The notes: generated by a model not told the origin, from the sequence alone. Positions 28,257 through 38,831 are shown, counted from the first letter of the stretch. The stretch is DNA of 64,000 nt from Bacillota bacterium (GCA_036782995.1 DAIPXZ010000001.1:1-64000), one strand, 5' to 3'. Translations and numbers: made by a program.

Positions 28257-29252
28257 TTATTGTTTGGTTACGATCAGAGTATTACCACGTGTAATTCCAA
28301 TTACAGTGACAGATGCTCCGGTCGGAATCAACTGTTTATCATCAGTAACCGCATCAAATTCAGTTATTTGTTCTTGAACGGTTACCATGATTTTTCCAGA
28401 ACGCTCACGTGAAGCGGGAATCGGCAGATATGTTTCTCCGCTCTTTCTGAGCGCATACCGTATGTCCATCGTTCCGTCGTCCTGAAGCTTCAGCATCCCC
28501 CACATTGCCAAAGCCATTAAAAACATTGCAGCAAATCCACATATGAAAGCGAGGAAGGATGCCACAATAATGGGCAGACCCGCATGAATAAATATTAACC
28601 CTGTCCATCCGAAGATGCAAGCAAAGGCGATAATCCCCTGCATGGTAAAAAGGCGAAGCCCTGTACCATGTGTCTTGTCTGCAAGGTCGTGATAGACATT
28701 GTCTTGCGGCAGATGCGAGTCATCGATTCCAGCATCCTGTGGAAGTGAATGTGTCATATGAATCGTATCTATATAGATATCGCCAGGTAATGCGCCGGGG
28801 TGTAAAACCTCGACTGGGATATGCCCCCCGAGATCCCCATGCAGGTCCCCTTGAATATCTCCGAAATGTCCGTCAATATTCCCTGCATGAGAATCACCGA
28901 AGTATGCGTCACCCAATTGGGTATTCCCCAAATGAGCGTCTCCCATGGGAGTGTCTCCCATGTGACTTCCGAAGTCCCCCAAATGGCCATCACTAAGGTT
29001 CGTATCCCCTAAGTGAGTCCCCCCCATATGACTCCCGAAATCACCGGAATGACCCCCACCAAAATGAGCATCACCGGCGTGACCGCCTAGGTCAACATCG
29101 TGTCCGCCAAAATCCGGACCCGAATGTGCCGCACCTAAAATGAGTAGAATAGTTTCAAAAAACAGTAGCACTGCACCGACTATACCGATGCACGCATAGA
29201 TTTGTTCTACCAGCTCCATGCTTTCGAACCAATTAATGAACCATGCAAACAT
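28257..29252 (-). CDS. NfeD-like membrane protein (flotillin partner) with inserted His/Gly/Asp-rich repeat region
   Basis: The C-terminal OB-fold-like sequence GKIMVTVQEQITEFDAVTDDKQLIPTGASVTVIGITRGNTLIV is typical of NfeD/YuaF. It has TM helices, plus ~100 aa of GHxGD-type degenerate repeats (GHDVDLGGHAGDAHFGGGHSGDFGSHMGGTHLGD...). Confidence 0.7.
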   Translation of the reverse strand: MFAWFINWFESMELVEQIYACIGIVGAVLLFFETILLILGAAHSGPDFGGHDVDLGGHAGDAHFGGGHSGDFGSHMGGTHLGDTNLSDGHLGDFGSHMGDTPMGDAHLGNTQLGDAYFGDSHAGNIDGHFGDIQGDLHGDLGGHIPVEVLHPGALPGDIYIDTIHMTHSLPQDAGIDDSHLPQDNVYHDLADKTHGTGLRLFTMQGIIAFACIFGWTGLIFIHAGLPIIVASFLAFICGFAAMFLMALAMWGMLKLQDDGTMDIRYALRKSGETYLPIPASRERSGKIMVTVQEQITEFDAVTDDKQLIPTGASVTVIGITRGNTLIVTKQ

Positions 29253-29275
29253 AACTTTATCCTCCCCTTGCGAGA

Positions 29276-29797
29276 TCAGCTTAATAATAGCTTCTCAGCT
29301 TCATGCTTTAAAACAATAGATAAGTGAGCGACATAAAGAATGGTGAGAAGCTTTTCTGCCTGCACTTTGCTGGTTCTTGTGTAATCCAACGGTACAAAAT
29401 CGATGGACTCTTCTACGAACTCCGCAAGCTTTGTCTCACTTCGAATTGGATCCGATGGTGTAAGAGAAAGCAAATGGCAAAAGGCTTTGTATACGAGATC
29501 ATCTTGTCCCACATACCTCAAAAGCTCGAGGATTTGTTCCAATGCAAACACATCCTTGAAGTAATTGAGGAGGGCGAGTCGCACAAACCGACTTCGGTCA
29601 TATAGCTTCTTGACCGGAGAAGGAATGAATCCGCGTTTTACCCAATTCTGTACGGTGTGTGGTTCAACACCGATGAGCTGTGTAATCTGTCTTAACTGCA
29701 TCCCCTCTGATAAAAACATCGGCCCATAGATTAAATCAACATCAGCTAAGTGCGACTGATTGACTTCTATCGTGGTACCGGGTAATCGAAAGGTCAT
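29276..29797 (-). CDS. MerR-like HTH / DUF1836-type protein, first gene of the nfeD-flotillin operon
   Basis: A candidate HTH is present (MQLRQITQLIGVEPHTVQNWVKRGFIP). The gene sits 23 nt upstream of the NfeD gene. Confidence 0.45.
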   Translation of the reverse strand: MTFRLPGTTIEVNQSHLADVDLIYGPMFLSEGMQLRQITQLIGVEPHTVQNWVKRGFIPSPVKKLYDRSRFVRLALLNYFKDVFALEQILELLRYVGQDDLVYKAFCHLLSLTPSDPIRSETKLAEFVEESIDFVPLDYTRTSKVQAEKLLTILYVAHLSIVLKHEAEKLLLS

Positions 29798-29997
29798 ATT
29801 GTGCGCCTCCTTTCCGTTCGATGGTTGAATTATATCAGACGGTCACTTGACTGTCAACAACGTTCGCGCGATTTTTTGGCATTGTTTTCTGTTCGGAATT
29901 GTGAATGCCTTTTCATCTATTTCCTGCCGCAAAAGAAAACAAATATGTATTAATGCATGGTAAAATGAATTCAACCTATGAATCGGAGGACACGATA

Positions 29998-30948
29998 ATG
30001 ACATGTACTTCATATTCATTTACTAGCGCTGATGGCGCTACTTCTATTCAATACTTTGTTTGGCCGCCAAAGTCTGCTGCGCGCGGTGTAATGCAAATCT
30101 CGCACGGTATGTGTGAATACATGGGACGATATGACGAGATGGCGGAATTTTTAAAACGAAAAGGTTTTGTTGTTTGCGGACTCGATCATTTGGGACATGG
30201 CGAATCGGTTGGTGAAAAGGATACATTCGGCTATTTTGGAAAGAAATATGGGCCGGATTTTCTCGTAGAGGATCAGGAAAAGCTACATCGTATTATGACT
30301 GACCTATACCCTGATGCGCCCTATATTATGTACGGACATTCGATGGGTTCATTTATCGCGCGACTTTGGTATGAAAAGTACGGTAACGATATTTCAGCCG
30401 TGATTTTCTCAGGCACAGCGACAGCTAATCCACTGGCAACGCCGCTTAAAGGCTTGGCACATCTTTCGATTCTTTTGCGTGGTGACAGAAAGCCAGCCGA
30501 CTTCATCGGGCGCACGATGTCGAAGGTATATACATCAAAGATTGAAAAGGTGCAAACCAACTCAGACTGGATTTCGCATGATTCGGACATAGTAAAGAAG
30601 TATGTGAATGATCCGTTTTGTAACTATACGTTTACGGATCGCGGGTATATTGACCTTTTCACAATGTTAGCGCGATGTAATCGCAAGAAGTGGTTTGCGA
30701 AGATTCCGAAGGATAAGCCGATGCTATTATTGTCGGGCACAGAAGATCCGGTCGGTGACTATGGCAAGGGCGTGATGATAGTAACGAAGAAGCTGCAAGA
30801 ATCAGGACAGAACCGCCTCATCATCGATCTTCGCTCGGGTATGCGTCACGAGCCACATAACGAGATAAATCGCAAGGTGATTTATCAACGACTTGAGGCT
30901 TTTCTGGTTGAAGTCGTGGAAAAGAACGGAAAAAAATCTGAAGTCTAA
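29998..30948 (+). CDS. alpha/beta hydrolase, lysophospholipase/monoacylglycerol-lipase-like
   Basis: It has an HGMCEY (HG) motif and a GHSMGS nucleophile elbow. The start was set at the ATG at 29998, 7 nt after a GGAGGA RBS. Confidence 0.8.
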   Translation: MTCTSYSFTSADGATSIQYFVWPPKSAARGVMQISHGMCEYMGRYDEMAEFLKRKGFVVCGLDHLGHGESVGEKDTFGYFGKKYGPDFLVEDQEKLHRIMTDLYPDAPYIMYGHSMGSFIARLWYEKYGNDISAVIFSGTATANPLATPLKGLAHLSILLRGDRKPADFIGRTMSKVYTSKIEKVQTNSDWISHDSDIVKKYVNDPFCNYTFTDRGYIDLFTMLARCNRKKWFAKIPKDKPMLLLSGTEDPVGDYGKGVMIVTKKLQESGQNRLIIDLRSGMRHEPHNEINRKVIYQRLEAFLVEVVEKNGKKSEV

Positions 30949-30980
30949 GTATAACGAAAAGCACCGCAGCGTCGGTGCTT

Positions 30981-32531
30981 TTACAGTATCGGAGCAAACA
31001 GGCGGAGAATTTGGCGTGCGACACTCCACGTTGGGTTATAACGTAATTCTTCAGGAAGAAGCTCATCAGAGACATCAAGGATTTGCATGAAATCTTCTTT
31101 GACGGACGCAATAGAGGGCGTATCGAGAAGCCAGACACCACATTCAAAATGAAGATAGAGGCTGCGATAATCGAGGTTGACTGTACCTACTGTTGCGCAA
31201 CGATCATCAACGATGAAGGCTTTGCTGTGGATGAAGCCAGGTGTGTAGGTGTATATTTTGACCCCTGCGGTAACGAGATCACGGAAAGAGGAGCGCGAGG
31301 CCTGGTATATTATCCATTTGTCCCATTTTCCCGGTGTAACAATACGCACGTCTATCCCGCTTTTGGCGGCGAGACAAAGGGCTGAAATCATGGAGTCGTC
31401 GATAATGAGATATGGCGTACTAATGTAGATGTATTTTTGAGCGGTTGTAATCATATGCATGTAGACGTGTTCAGATACATGCTCTGAATCAATCGGGGAA
31501 TCACAATAGGGTTGCACGTAGCCTTGAGTAGCTGAAAGTGTCGGCGGAGCTTCGTTCTTCCACGGATAAAAATCATAATAGTTATCTGGCGCTTTCTGCG
31601 CGATTTGCCATATTTCAAGGAAAAAGAGTGTGAGCGACCAAGCCGCCTCACCACGAACCATAATGGCAGAATCCTTCCAGTAGCCATGCTTTTGTATGAC
31701 GTTGATATATTCGTCAGAGAGATTGATACCGCCCGTGAACGCGCATTTCCCGTCGATTGCCGTGATTTTTCGGTGGTCACGGTTGTTTTGAATGGTCGTC
31801 ACAAAGGGCGAAAACGGGTTGAAGATGATACACTTTATTCCTTTGTCCTGCATATTCTGACGAAAGTGTTTTGGCAAGGTTAAAAAACAGCCAACATCGT
31901 CATATATGATACGAACTTCGATGCCCTGCGCGGCTTTGCGTTCGAGAATATCAATAATCGCATCCCACATAACGCCATTTTCGATGATAAAGTATTCCAT
32001 GAAAATGTATTTCTCCGCTTTTTCGAGTTCCTCCAAGAGGCGCGGAAAGAAGACTTCTCCCGGAGTAAGAAATTCGGTCTCTGTATTGGAATATACGGGA
32101 AAGCCCTCCTGCATGTCGAGATAGCGCATGTTGACCGTATAGGAAGGAGCATCATGTCGTGCACGAAGATGAGCGGTTTTTACCGATGGTGGCAATCGAA
32201 AGAGAGGGCGTACCTCTGCTTCGACACGTGCCGATGCGCGCACATATGATTTTGTCGTTCGTTGGTTGTTAAAGAAGATGTACATGACACCGCCGATTGT
32301 CGGCATAAGCAAAACAAGAAAAACCCAAATGAGCTTATACCCGCCCTTGTCTTTTTTACTGACAACATAGAGCGCGACGAGCAAGCTTAAGAGACGAAAC
32401 AGCAATGAGATGATACCGGAATAGCTGCCACCAATTAAAATGAGAACCACAAGAACCCCGATTTCCAATAGAATCAGAAAGCAGAAAAATATGCGACGTA
32501 AGATAAATGAAGGAAACAAGTGATTTCTCAT
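30981..32531 (-). CDS. cls: cardiolipin synthase (phospholipase D superfamily, two HKD motifs)
   Basis: It has 2 N-terminal TM helices and two HxKxxxxD motifs (one is IHSKAFIVDDRCATVGTVNLDYRS). Confidence 0.9.
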   Translation of the reverse strand: MRNHLFPSFILRRIFFCFLILLEIGVLVVLILIGGSYSGIISLLFRLLSLLVALYVVSKKDKGGYKLIWVFLVLLMPTIGGVMYIFFNNQRTTKSYVRASARVEAEVRPLFRLPPSVKTAHLRARHDAPSYTVNMRYLDMQEGFPVYSNTETEFLTPGEVFFPRLLEELEKAEKYIFMEYFIIENGVMWDAIIDILERKAAQGIEVRIIYDDVGCFLTLPKHFRQNMQDKGIKCIIFNPFSPFVTTIQNNRDHRKITAIDGKCAFTGGINLSDEYINVIQKHGYWKDSAIMVRGEAAWSLTLFFLEIWQIAQKAPDNYYDFYPWKNEAPPTLSATQGYVQPYCDSPIDSEHVSEHVYMHMITTAQKYIYISTPYLIIDDSMISALCLAAKSGIDVRIVTPGKWDKWIIYQASRSSFRDLVTAGVKIYTYTPGFIHSKAFIVDDRCATVGTVNLDYRSLYLHFECGVWLLDTPSIASVKEDFMQILDVSDELLPEELRYNPTWSVARQILRLFAPIL

Positions 32532-32539
32532 TTTAAATG

Positions 32540-34159
32540 CTATTCATTATCCTCCGAATCGTCGCCTTCATCCTCAAAGGTATCACAAAGGAGCGACGGC
32601 GTGCTGAAGTAGTATCCTTGGAGATAGTCCGCACCTAAGCTGGTGCAAATCTCGGCAAGCTTGCGATTCTCGATGCCTTCCGCAACGACTTCAATCGCGG
32701 AGCTCTTCGCAAAATCGATGATGCTCTTCACGAGAGCGAGACCGCTTTCTGTTGTGACTTTACTAATCAGCGAGCGATCAATCTTGATTATATCAATTGG
32801 GAGATCCGTTACTAATCCATAGTTTGCCATGCCAGCTCCGAAACCGTCGATAACAATGGAAACACCGTGGTTACGAAGAAATTGTAGGTTTTCACGGGTT
32901 TGGTGTAAATCCGAAGCGAAGTTGCCGCGCAATTCGACCAAGACCTTCGCCGGGTCAACATTAGCTTCTTTGAGCGTCCGAATAAACTCCATGATGTTTT
33001 TTTCGTTAATGTCTTCTGCCGTCAGATTGATTGAAATCGGAAGGTCTTTGTATTGTGGTAGCTTCGAATACTCGATAAGACGCTTGGTCATGAAAATAGT
33101 AAGGTCGTGAATAACGGCAGTTTGTTCGATGACAGGAACGAATTCATCTGCCATCATACGAGTACCGTCTTTTCGTACCCATTTCGCTAACAATTCGATG
33201 CCGCCAACTTCATATGTGCCGCCGCGATGAACGGTCTGGTAAGCAGCTTGAATCGAGTTATTGCTCAATGCGTTCGGAAATTCGGATGCGATGCTGACGA
33301 TACCGCGATAGTAATCTTCCATACCAGGAGAGAAGCGGCAAATTCTTAATTCCTTCATAAAGGAATATCGCATAGCGACGTTGGAACGACTCATCAGTCT
33401 TTCCATGGTCTCCCCTTTTTCATGTGTTGCGAAGCCGCCGCGGAATGCGATGAACACCGGTACATTTTCGACATTAAGTGTCGTTTCATTTAGCTTTGAA
33501 AGTGTCACAATCAGGTCTTCGAGATTGTCTTTCTCGTTCGGATGACGTACAAGAACAGAAAATTCGAGTCCCGAATCATGGAAAATTTGCGCATGTGGAT
33601 ATGCTGTTAATGCCTTTTGTATTTCATTTGAAAAAGAAGCGATGATCTTATTATAGAATGTATATCCGAAAAATCCCTGTAGATCATTACCATCAACAAC
33701 GGACAATGTCACAAGAGAGACGGAACGGTCATCAAAGAGGATTTCTTGTTGTAATGCCTCATAATTTTTCAATCCAGTGAAACGATCAGTAGTTGCAAGA
33801 TTCATCATTTCGGCACTTCTTTTCCGGTTGTCGGTCGAGAAGGCAGATACGAGTAATGCAATAGCAATATAGATAAATACTCGAACACCCCACGCAAGAG
33901 AAAAGCTCCAAGAGGTCTGTTCGAGAACAATGGCCTCAATCGGTCCGACACCAACGCCGCAAATCAATGCAAATATGATACTGTTCGGTACAGAATACAG
34001 GCAGGACACAATCGCGATTAGAAGATACATAATATTGGCATATGCATTCGGTGTTCCGCCCGTCCGATATACGAGATAAACGACGGCCGCAGCCCCGATA
34101 TATGAAATCAGTATTGGAATGACCTTCATTAAACCATTTGTTGACTCATTCTTGCTCAT
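32540..34159 (-). CDS. membrane-anchored degenerate-GGDEF / EAL domain protein (putative c-di-GMP phosphodiesterase)
   Basis: After an N-terminal 4-TM region comes a GGDEF-like fold in which the signature is degenerate (HDSGLEF). The EAL domain has ELLAKW, NLTAEDI, EGIEN, KIDRSL and QGYYFS motifs. Confidence 0.8.
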   Translation of the reverse strand: MSKNESTNGLMKVIPILISYIGAAAVVYLVYRTGGTPNAYANIMYLLIAIVSCLYSVPNSIIFALICGVGVGPIEAIVLEQTSWSFSLAWGVRVFIYIAIALLVSAFSTDNRKRSAEMMNLATTDRFTGLKNYEALQQEILFDDRSVSLVTLSVVDGNDLQGFFGYTFYNKIIASFSNEIQKALTAYPHAQIFHDSGLEFSVLVRHPNEKDNLEDLIVTLSKLNETTLNVENVPVFIAFRGGFATHEKGETMERLMSRSNVAMRYSFMKELRICRFSPGMEDYYRGIVSIASEFPNALSNNSIQAAYQTVHRGGTYEVGGIELLAKWVRKDGTRMMADEFVPVIEQTAVIHDLTIFMTKRLIEYSKLPQYKDLPISINLTAEDINEKNIMEFIRTLKEANVDPAKVLVELRGNFASDLHQTRENLQFLRNHGVSIVIDGFGAGMANYGLVTDLPIDIIKIDRSLISKVTTESGLALVKSIIDFAKSSAIEVVAEGIENRKLAEICTSLGADYLQGYYFSTPSLLCDTFEDEGDDSEDNE

Positions 34160-34537
34160 GTCCGCCTCTTTTCTGAATCAATTATCGATTCGTGAAATAA
34201 AGAACTGGTTTAATATGTGTAACCTTTTTGAAAAAAGAAAACTTACTTTAATGACCTCTCCATCTTATCAAAAATAATTTGTAAAGTCATCACGGTTTTG
34301 TGAACTGTCCATACTATTTTTGTTTCCTTGCCATGCGAATCAAGAGAATCATTACAACAAGTAGTCCGATTGCCGCCAAACAAACACCGACGATCATGGG
34401 TAGATTTGAACCACGATCGCCGGTTATTGGTAGAAAATGTAGATTTATCATAATATCACCTGCTTTGCATTCTGTGAATAATACTATCCTCATTTCTATT
34501 ATGCACTGAATTGCAGGTTTGTCACAGACACAATAGC

Positions 34538-35722
34538 TTATGCGTTAATGCGTTTCTGCTTTGTGATAACCAGAGATAATGTGAAGAGGACTACAGCGAA
34601 TCCAAGCTGAATGCCGATGCATAGGATAATTTTTGATAGAGCATCACCGGAGAGGCTCGTAGCTTCTTTTACTAGGTTAATGGCACGTACATACCAATAC
34701 ACAGGCATGAAACTCGCTATGGTTTTGACCGAAGTTGCTAAGTATGTCTGATCAACGAAAACACCACTTATAAAGCAGAGGCCGAGGGAAGCAGCGTTTG
34801 ACACAAAGGTCATAAGGTTCTCATTACGAATTAATGCACTGATAAGCAAACCGAGTGAGAGGCAAACAATATAGAATACCAATGCATTGATGATCAACAT
34901 CCAAATACGAGGATTACTCATGTCGTCAAACATTGAGCTGGCACATATCGCGATTAATCCGAGGAAGATAAGGCCCAAGAAGGTCAGGCTGCCGACGAAA
35001 ATAAGGAAAGTCATCTTCGCGTTCTTGATGGGAGCGCAACGGATACGAGCTGCAGTCATTTGCGAGCGGAAAGCTTTGAAGATGGTATAGGTTCCGAGGA
35101 TGCAAATGCCGAGTGCAGCATAGGCAAAGAACGTAAAATGTCGAGATGCGTTTTCAAACGAAACACTTACATCAGATCCCTTCCAACTCGTTTCTACCGA
35201 TGATGAGATATCATTCTTTACATTTTCGGCGATGGCGCGGATTTGTTCATCACTTTGTACGCCATCTTCGCCCGTCGTTCCAATATAGATTCGGCTGATT
35301 TCGAAATACTTGTTGAGCTGCATTTCGATTTGCTGTTCGATGGAAGCCTGTTTGCTGCAGACACGTTTGATGGTTAATTCATGAGTATTACTTACAAAGT
35401 CGTCACCGAAGCCTTCCGGAATCACCAAAAGTAGATACTGTTCCCCCGAGCTTACAGCGTCCTCGGCAATTTCTTCGTCAGCATAATCCGTATTCACATT
35501 ATGAATCGTTTTCAAGTAGTCCAGAAAAGAGTCAGAGAATGCGTTACCCTCATCTTGATTGATGACTATAATGTCTTGTCTAATACTCATGAACTCTTTC
35601 GTCATGGTTTGTGATTCCTTTTGCGCCATAGAAAAGAAGAAAAACATAAACACTCCGATATATATGGCAAGAACCGGCCAATTACGAGCAATGACTTTGC
35701 AGACGTTTTTTATGATATGCAT
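34538..35722 (-). CDS. ABC-2 family transporter permease
   Basis: Topology is an N-terminal TM, a large extracytoplasmic loop, then 5 C-terminal TM helices. It sits in an operon with the ATPase. Confidence 0.7.
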   Translation of the reverse strand: MHIIKNVCKVIARNWPVLAIYIGVFMFFFFSMAQKESQTMTKEFMSIRQDIIVINQDEGNAFSDSFLDYLKTIHNVNTDYADEEIAEDAVSSGEQYLLLVIPEGFGDDFVSNTHELTIKRVCSKQASIEQQIEMQLNKYFEISRIYIGTTGEDGVQSDEQIRAIAENVKNDISSSVETSWKGSDVSVSFENASRHFTFFAYAALGICILGTYTIFKAFRSQMTAARIRCAPIKNAKMTFLIFVGSLTFLGLIFLGLIAICASSMFDDMSNPRIWMLIINALVFYIVCLSLGLLISALIRNENLMTFVSNAASLGLCFISGVFVDQTYLATSVKTIASFMPVYWYVRAINLVKEATSLSGDALSKIILCIGIQLGFAVVLFTLSLVITKQKRINA

Positions 35723-35733
35723 AATTATCCTCC

Positions 35734-36885
35734 TTAAATCGCAAGCGAGCGGTAGCTTTGCTTACGAAGAATCAATGTGACAACGAGAAGCATGGCAATA
35801 ATACCGGCACTGAGAATCCCTATGTTCATCCAGTAACGAGTCATATCCCTCACGTAGTAGAGTGAATAGAAAGCATCTGCAATCAAATTGCCTGGGTTAA
35901 TGTATTGCATAATCGGGGCCTTTTGAATGACTTTGGTTTTCACTGCAGAATCCATAAGACCCGCCAAATAACTGCAAATCATAGAGAAGGCGAGAACCAC
36001 TGCAATTTTTCCGCTTAGATTTGTTTTCAAAATCACTCCGATAAAGGCGCCGAGCAGGACACCGAAAACAACCGACAAAAACGAGGCCAGAATTAATAGT
36101 GCGATGTTGCTTCCAAAGCTCACACCAAGCCCAAATTTTAAATATGCAATCAAGAGAAGAATCGTGATGAATTGTACAAGAACCGTAGAGGAAAGTGTCA
36201 CAACGACGAGCTTCCATTTGTTTACAGGAGCCATGGATTGGCGCGCTGCCAAAGTCGATTGATTTGCCTGCAATATGGCTATATCGCGCAAGCCGGCAAA
36301 GGAAGCATAGAGGCAGGACATCGCAAGAAGTGCATAATAGAAAACCACCACAATATCGGCAATAGGGCCATCAGGAGCCTTCGAATAAGTATACTCCTGC
36401 GAAGTTAATTCGCTGATTTTGGCCAAGCTTGCAGGATTTGTTGTTGCGATGTTTGTAATCGTCTTGTTCATTTGGTTATACCAATCAAAGAATTCACGAA
36501 TCATCGTTTGCGATACTCCGGCTTTGGTAAACTGCAATGTGATTTCACCCTTTTCATTGAGCATCATCAAACCTTCAATTTCTTCGTTGGCGAGTGCTTT
36601 TTCTGCATCTTCTTGCGCGTCAAAATATGTGGTTTCAAACATCGCGTCTTCGTTGTCCTCTTTCGATTGTTCTTCGATTTGCGATTTGAGGGTCGTGTTC
36701 TGTTCGTACTGCGCATTGTTCACCACACCGAGCTTCGCGCGCTCAAATCCATTCGAAACATTCGAAAGCGCAAGCGAAAAGAATGTCGCGAGCAAAAACG
36801 GGAAAGCTATAGTCCAGAAAATGACACCCTTGTCGCGTAATTGCCCTTTGAGTCGGTAACCAAAAATACGGATTGCGGTATTCAT
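35734..36885 (-). CDS. ABC-2 family transporter permease
   Basis: Same architecture as its neighbour (paralogous permease pair). Confidence 0.7.
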   Translation of the reverse strand: MNTAIRIFGYRLKGQLRDKGVIFWTIAFPFLLATFFSLALSNVSNGFERAKLGVVNNAQYEQNTTLKSQIEEQSKEDNEDAMFETTYFDAQEDAEKALANEEIEGLMMLNEKGEITLQFTKAGVSQTMIREFFDWYNQMNKTITNIATTNPASLAKISELTSQEYTYSKAPDGPIADIVVVFYYALLAMSCLYASFAGLRDIAILQANQSTLAARQSMAPVNKWKLVVVTLSSTVLVQFITILLLIAYLKFGLGVSFGSNIALLILASFLSVVFGVLLGAFIGVILKTNLSGKIAVVLAFSMICSYLAGLMDSAVKTKVIQKAPIMQYINPGNLIADAFYSLYYVRDMTRYWMNIGILSAGIIAMLLVVTLILRKQSYRSLAI

Positions 36886-36900
36886 ATTATTGTCCTCCTC

Positions 36901-37839
36901 TTATGCGTCACGAAGTTCTTTTCCGGTTATCTCTAGGAACACGTCATTTAACGAAGGGCGCTCACCGAAAATGCGGCCCGTCTTTATATCCCGTTTGCCC
37001 AGCTCATCCAAAAGTTTCGACATCGCATTGGTTTCTTGCTTCGCTTTTACTACGAGCATGCCCTCTTTGATTTTTGCCGAAGAAACAAATTCCATCTCCT
37101 TGACCCACGGAAGAACATCCTCCGGATTCGAGAGAAGAAGCTCTATCGATATTTTTTCTCCGATTCTTACCATATCGATTAGCTCTTGCTTGGTGCCCTG
37201 CGCGATGATCTGACCGTTATCCATGATGGCAATTCGATTACAAAGGTGTTCTACTTCTTCCATGTAATGCGAAGTATAGATAATCGTCGCTCCACTCTTA
37301 TTTAAATTCTTAATTCCTTCTAGAATGTTATTTCGACTCTGCGGGTCAACGGCCACAGTTGGCTCATCAAAGAAGATAAGCTTCGGCTTATGGGCAATGC
37401 CGCATGCGATATTCAATCTGCGAAGAAGTCCACCGGAGAGCTTCTTCGGATAGAATTTGCGAAAATCATTGAGACCAACCATCTCAATTGCCTCGTCAAC
37501 CAGTGCTTTGCGTTCCTTATTGTCTTTGATATACAGTCCGCAGAAGAAATCGACATTTTCAAGCACGGTCAATTCATCAATAACGGCAACATTTTGCATC
37601 ACGACACCGATATCTCGTTTCGATGCATAGCTCGATGGAGTCATCGGTTTCCCAAAAATCTCAATTTCACCTTTATCGTACGCAAGAAGAGAAAGCATAC
37701 AATTAATCGCTGTCGTTTTTCCGGAGCCGTTCGGTCCTAATAGTCCGAATACTTCGCCTTCCTGAATGTCGAGGCTTAAGTGGTCCAATGCGATTAAGTC
37801 GCCATATCTTTTTACTAAATCTTTTACATGAATAATCAT
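36901..37839 (-). CDS. ABC transporter ATP-binding protein (ABC-2/DrrA-like)
   Basis: It has Walker A GLLGPNGSGKTT, signature LSGGLLRRL and Walker B IFFDEPT motifs. Confidence 0.9.
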   Translation of the reverse strand: MIIHVKDLVKRYGDLIALDHLSLDIQEGEVFGLLGPNGSGKTTAINCMLSLLAYDKGEIEIFGKPMTPSSYASKRDIGVVMQNVAVIDELTVLENVDFFCGLYIKDNKERKALVDEAIEMVGLNDFRKFYPKKLSGGLLRRLNIACGIAHKPKLIFFDEPTVAVDPQSRNNILEGIKNLNKSGATIIYTSHYMEEVEHLCNRIAIMDNGQIIAQGTKQELIDMVRIGEKISIELLLSNPEDVLPWVKEMEFVSSAKIKEGMLVVKAKQETNAMSKLLDELGKRDIKTGRIFGERPSLNDVFLEITGKELRDA

Positions 37840-38093
37840 AATGTTGCCCTGCCCTTCCTTTTTCTATGGTGTCATTCTACCGAATGACCGAATACGACAA
37901 TAGTGATATTCTTCCTCTTCGATTGTGAGAAATGTCATGGTTTTCATTTTTTCCGTTGCATGACACTTTCCACATAACGTGGCTCTAAACGCATAAAACA
38001 AGTTAGGTGCGAAGGATGGGCTTTGCTTTTTGGGAGAAAGGCCAGTAAACTATGGCGTGGAAAGAAAATGCTCGTTGGTAAGGAGTTTCGGAA

Positions 38094-38828
38094 ATGAAAC
38101 ATGGGAAATCCAGTCTTATACGATTAGTAAGCATCGTGGTCGCCACGTTGGTGCTGGTTACCACTATTCTTGCTATTGGGAGACATTGCATTGAATCATA
38201 TGCAAATCGTGTACCCGCCCTCACCGATGAAGCATTAGCAACAATTGATTTTTTAAAAGCCAAGAACCTCATGATTGTCGCACATCCGGATGACGAAACG
38301 CTCTGGGGTGGCGCACATCTCTATTCTCATGATTATTTGGTCGTTTGCCTGACTGGCGGACGAAACTCCGAGCGCGCAAAAGAATTTGCTTCAGTGATGG
38401 AGGCCGCAGATTGCCAATTCTTGCAATTGTCTTACCCCGATAAAGTATGCGGCTTACGAAGTAATTGGAAAGCCGTTAGGGAGCAAATGGAAGCGGATAT
38501 CCAGAAAATCGTTGAAGCCAATGATTGGGCACTCATCGTGACGCATAATGCGAAGGGTGAATATGGCCACCAGCACCACATCATGACCCACGATTCTGTA
38601 TGCAAAGTGTATTACGCGTCCGATTCGATGGCAGATCTTTATGTTTTCGGTGATTATTATTCGGCAAAAAAACTGGAAACGGCCGATAATCTGCCACAAG
38701 AAATCGATGATAGTCGTCTGTGTTTTAAGGAAGACCTTCTTTCCCATTACAGCTCGCAGGACAATACCGTGAAAAAGCTTTCGCATATGAATGTGTATGA
38801 GGATTGGACACTCATCGAGGACAGATAG
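38094..38828 (+). CDS. PIG-L/LmbE-family N-acetylglucosaminyl deacetylase with N-terminal membrane anchor
   Basis: After a TM helix (LIRLVSIVVATLVLVTTILAI) come the AHPDDE zinc-binding motif and a downstream HxxH (GHQHH). An AAGGAG RBS is present. Confidence 0.8.
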   Translation: MKHGKSSLIRLVSIVVATLVLVTTILAIGRHCIESYANRVPALTDEALATIDFLKAKNLMIVAHPDDETLWGGAHLYSHDYLVVCLTGGRNSERAKEFASVMEAADCQFLQLSYPDKVCGLRSNWKAVREQMEADIQKIVEANDWALIVTHNAKGEYGHQHHIMTHDSVCKVYYASDSMADLYVFGDYYSAKKLETADNLPQEIDDSRLCFKEDLLSHYSSQDNTVKKLSHMNVYEDWTLIEDR

Positions 38829-38831
38829 TTT

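Noticed and set aside
36901-37839. Linking the ABC-2 exporter (34538-37839) to the Bce-like TCS
   Set aside because: ABC-2 permeases lack the FtsX fold and the large extracellular loop that BceS-type kinases require. The BceAB-like pair at 22832-25575 is the better partner.
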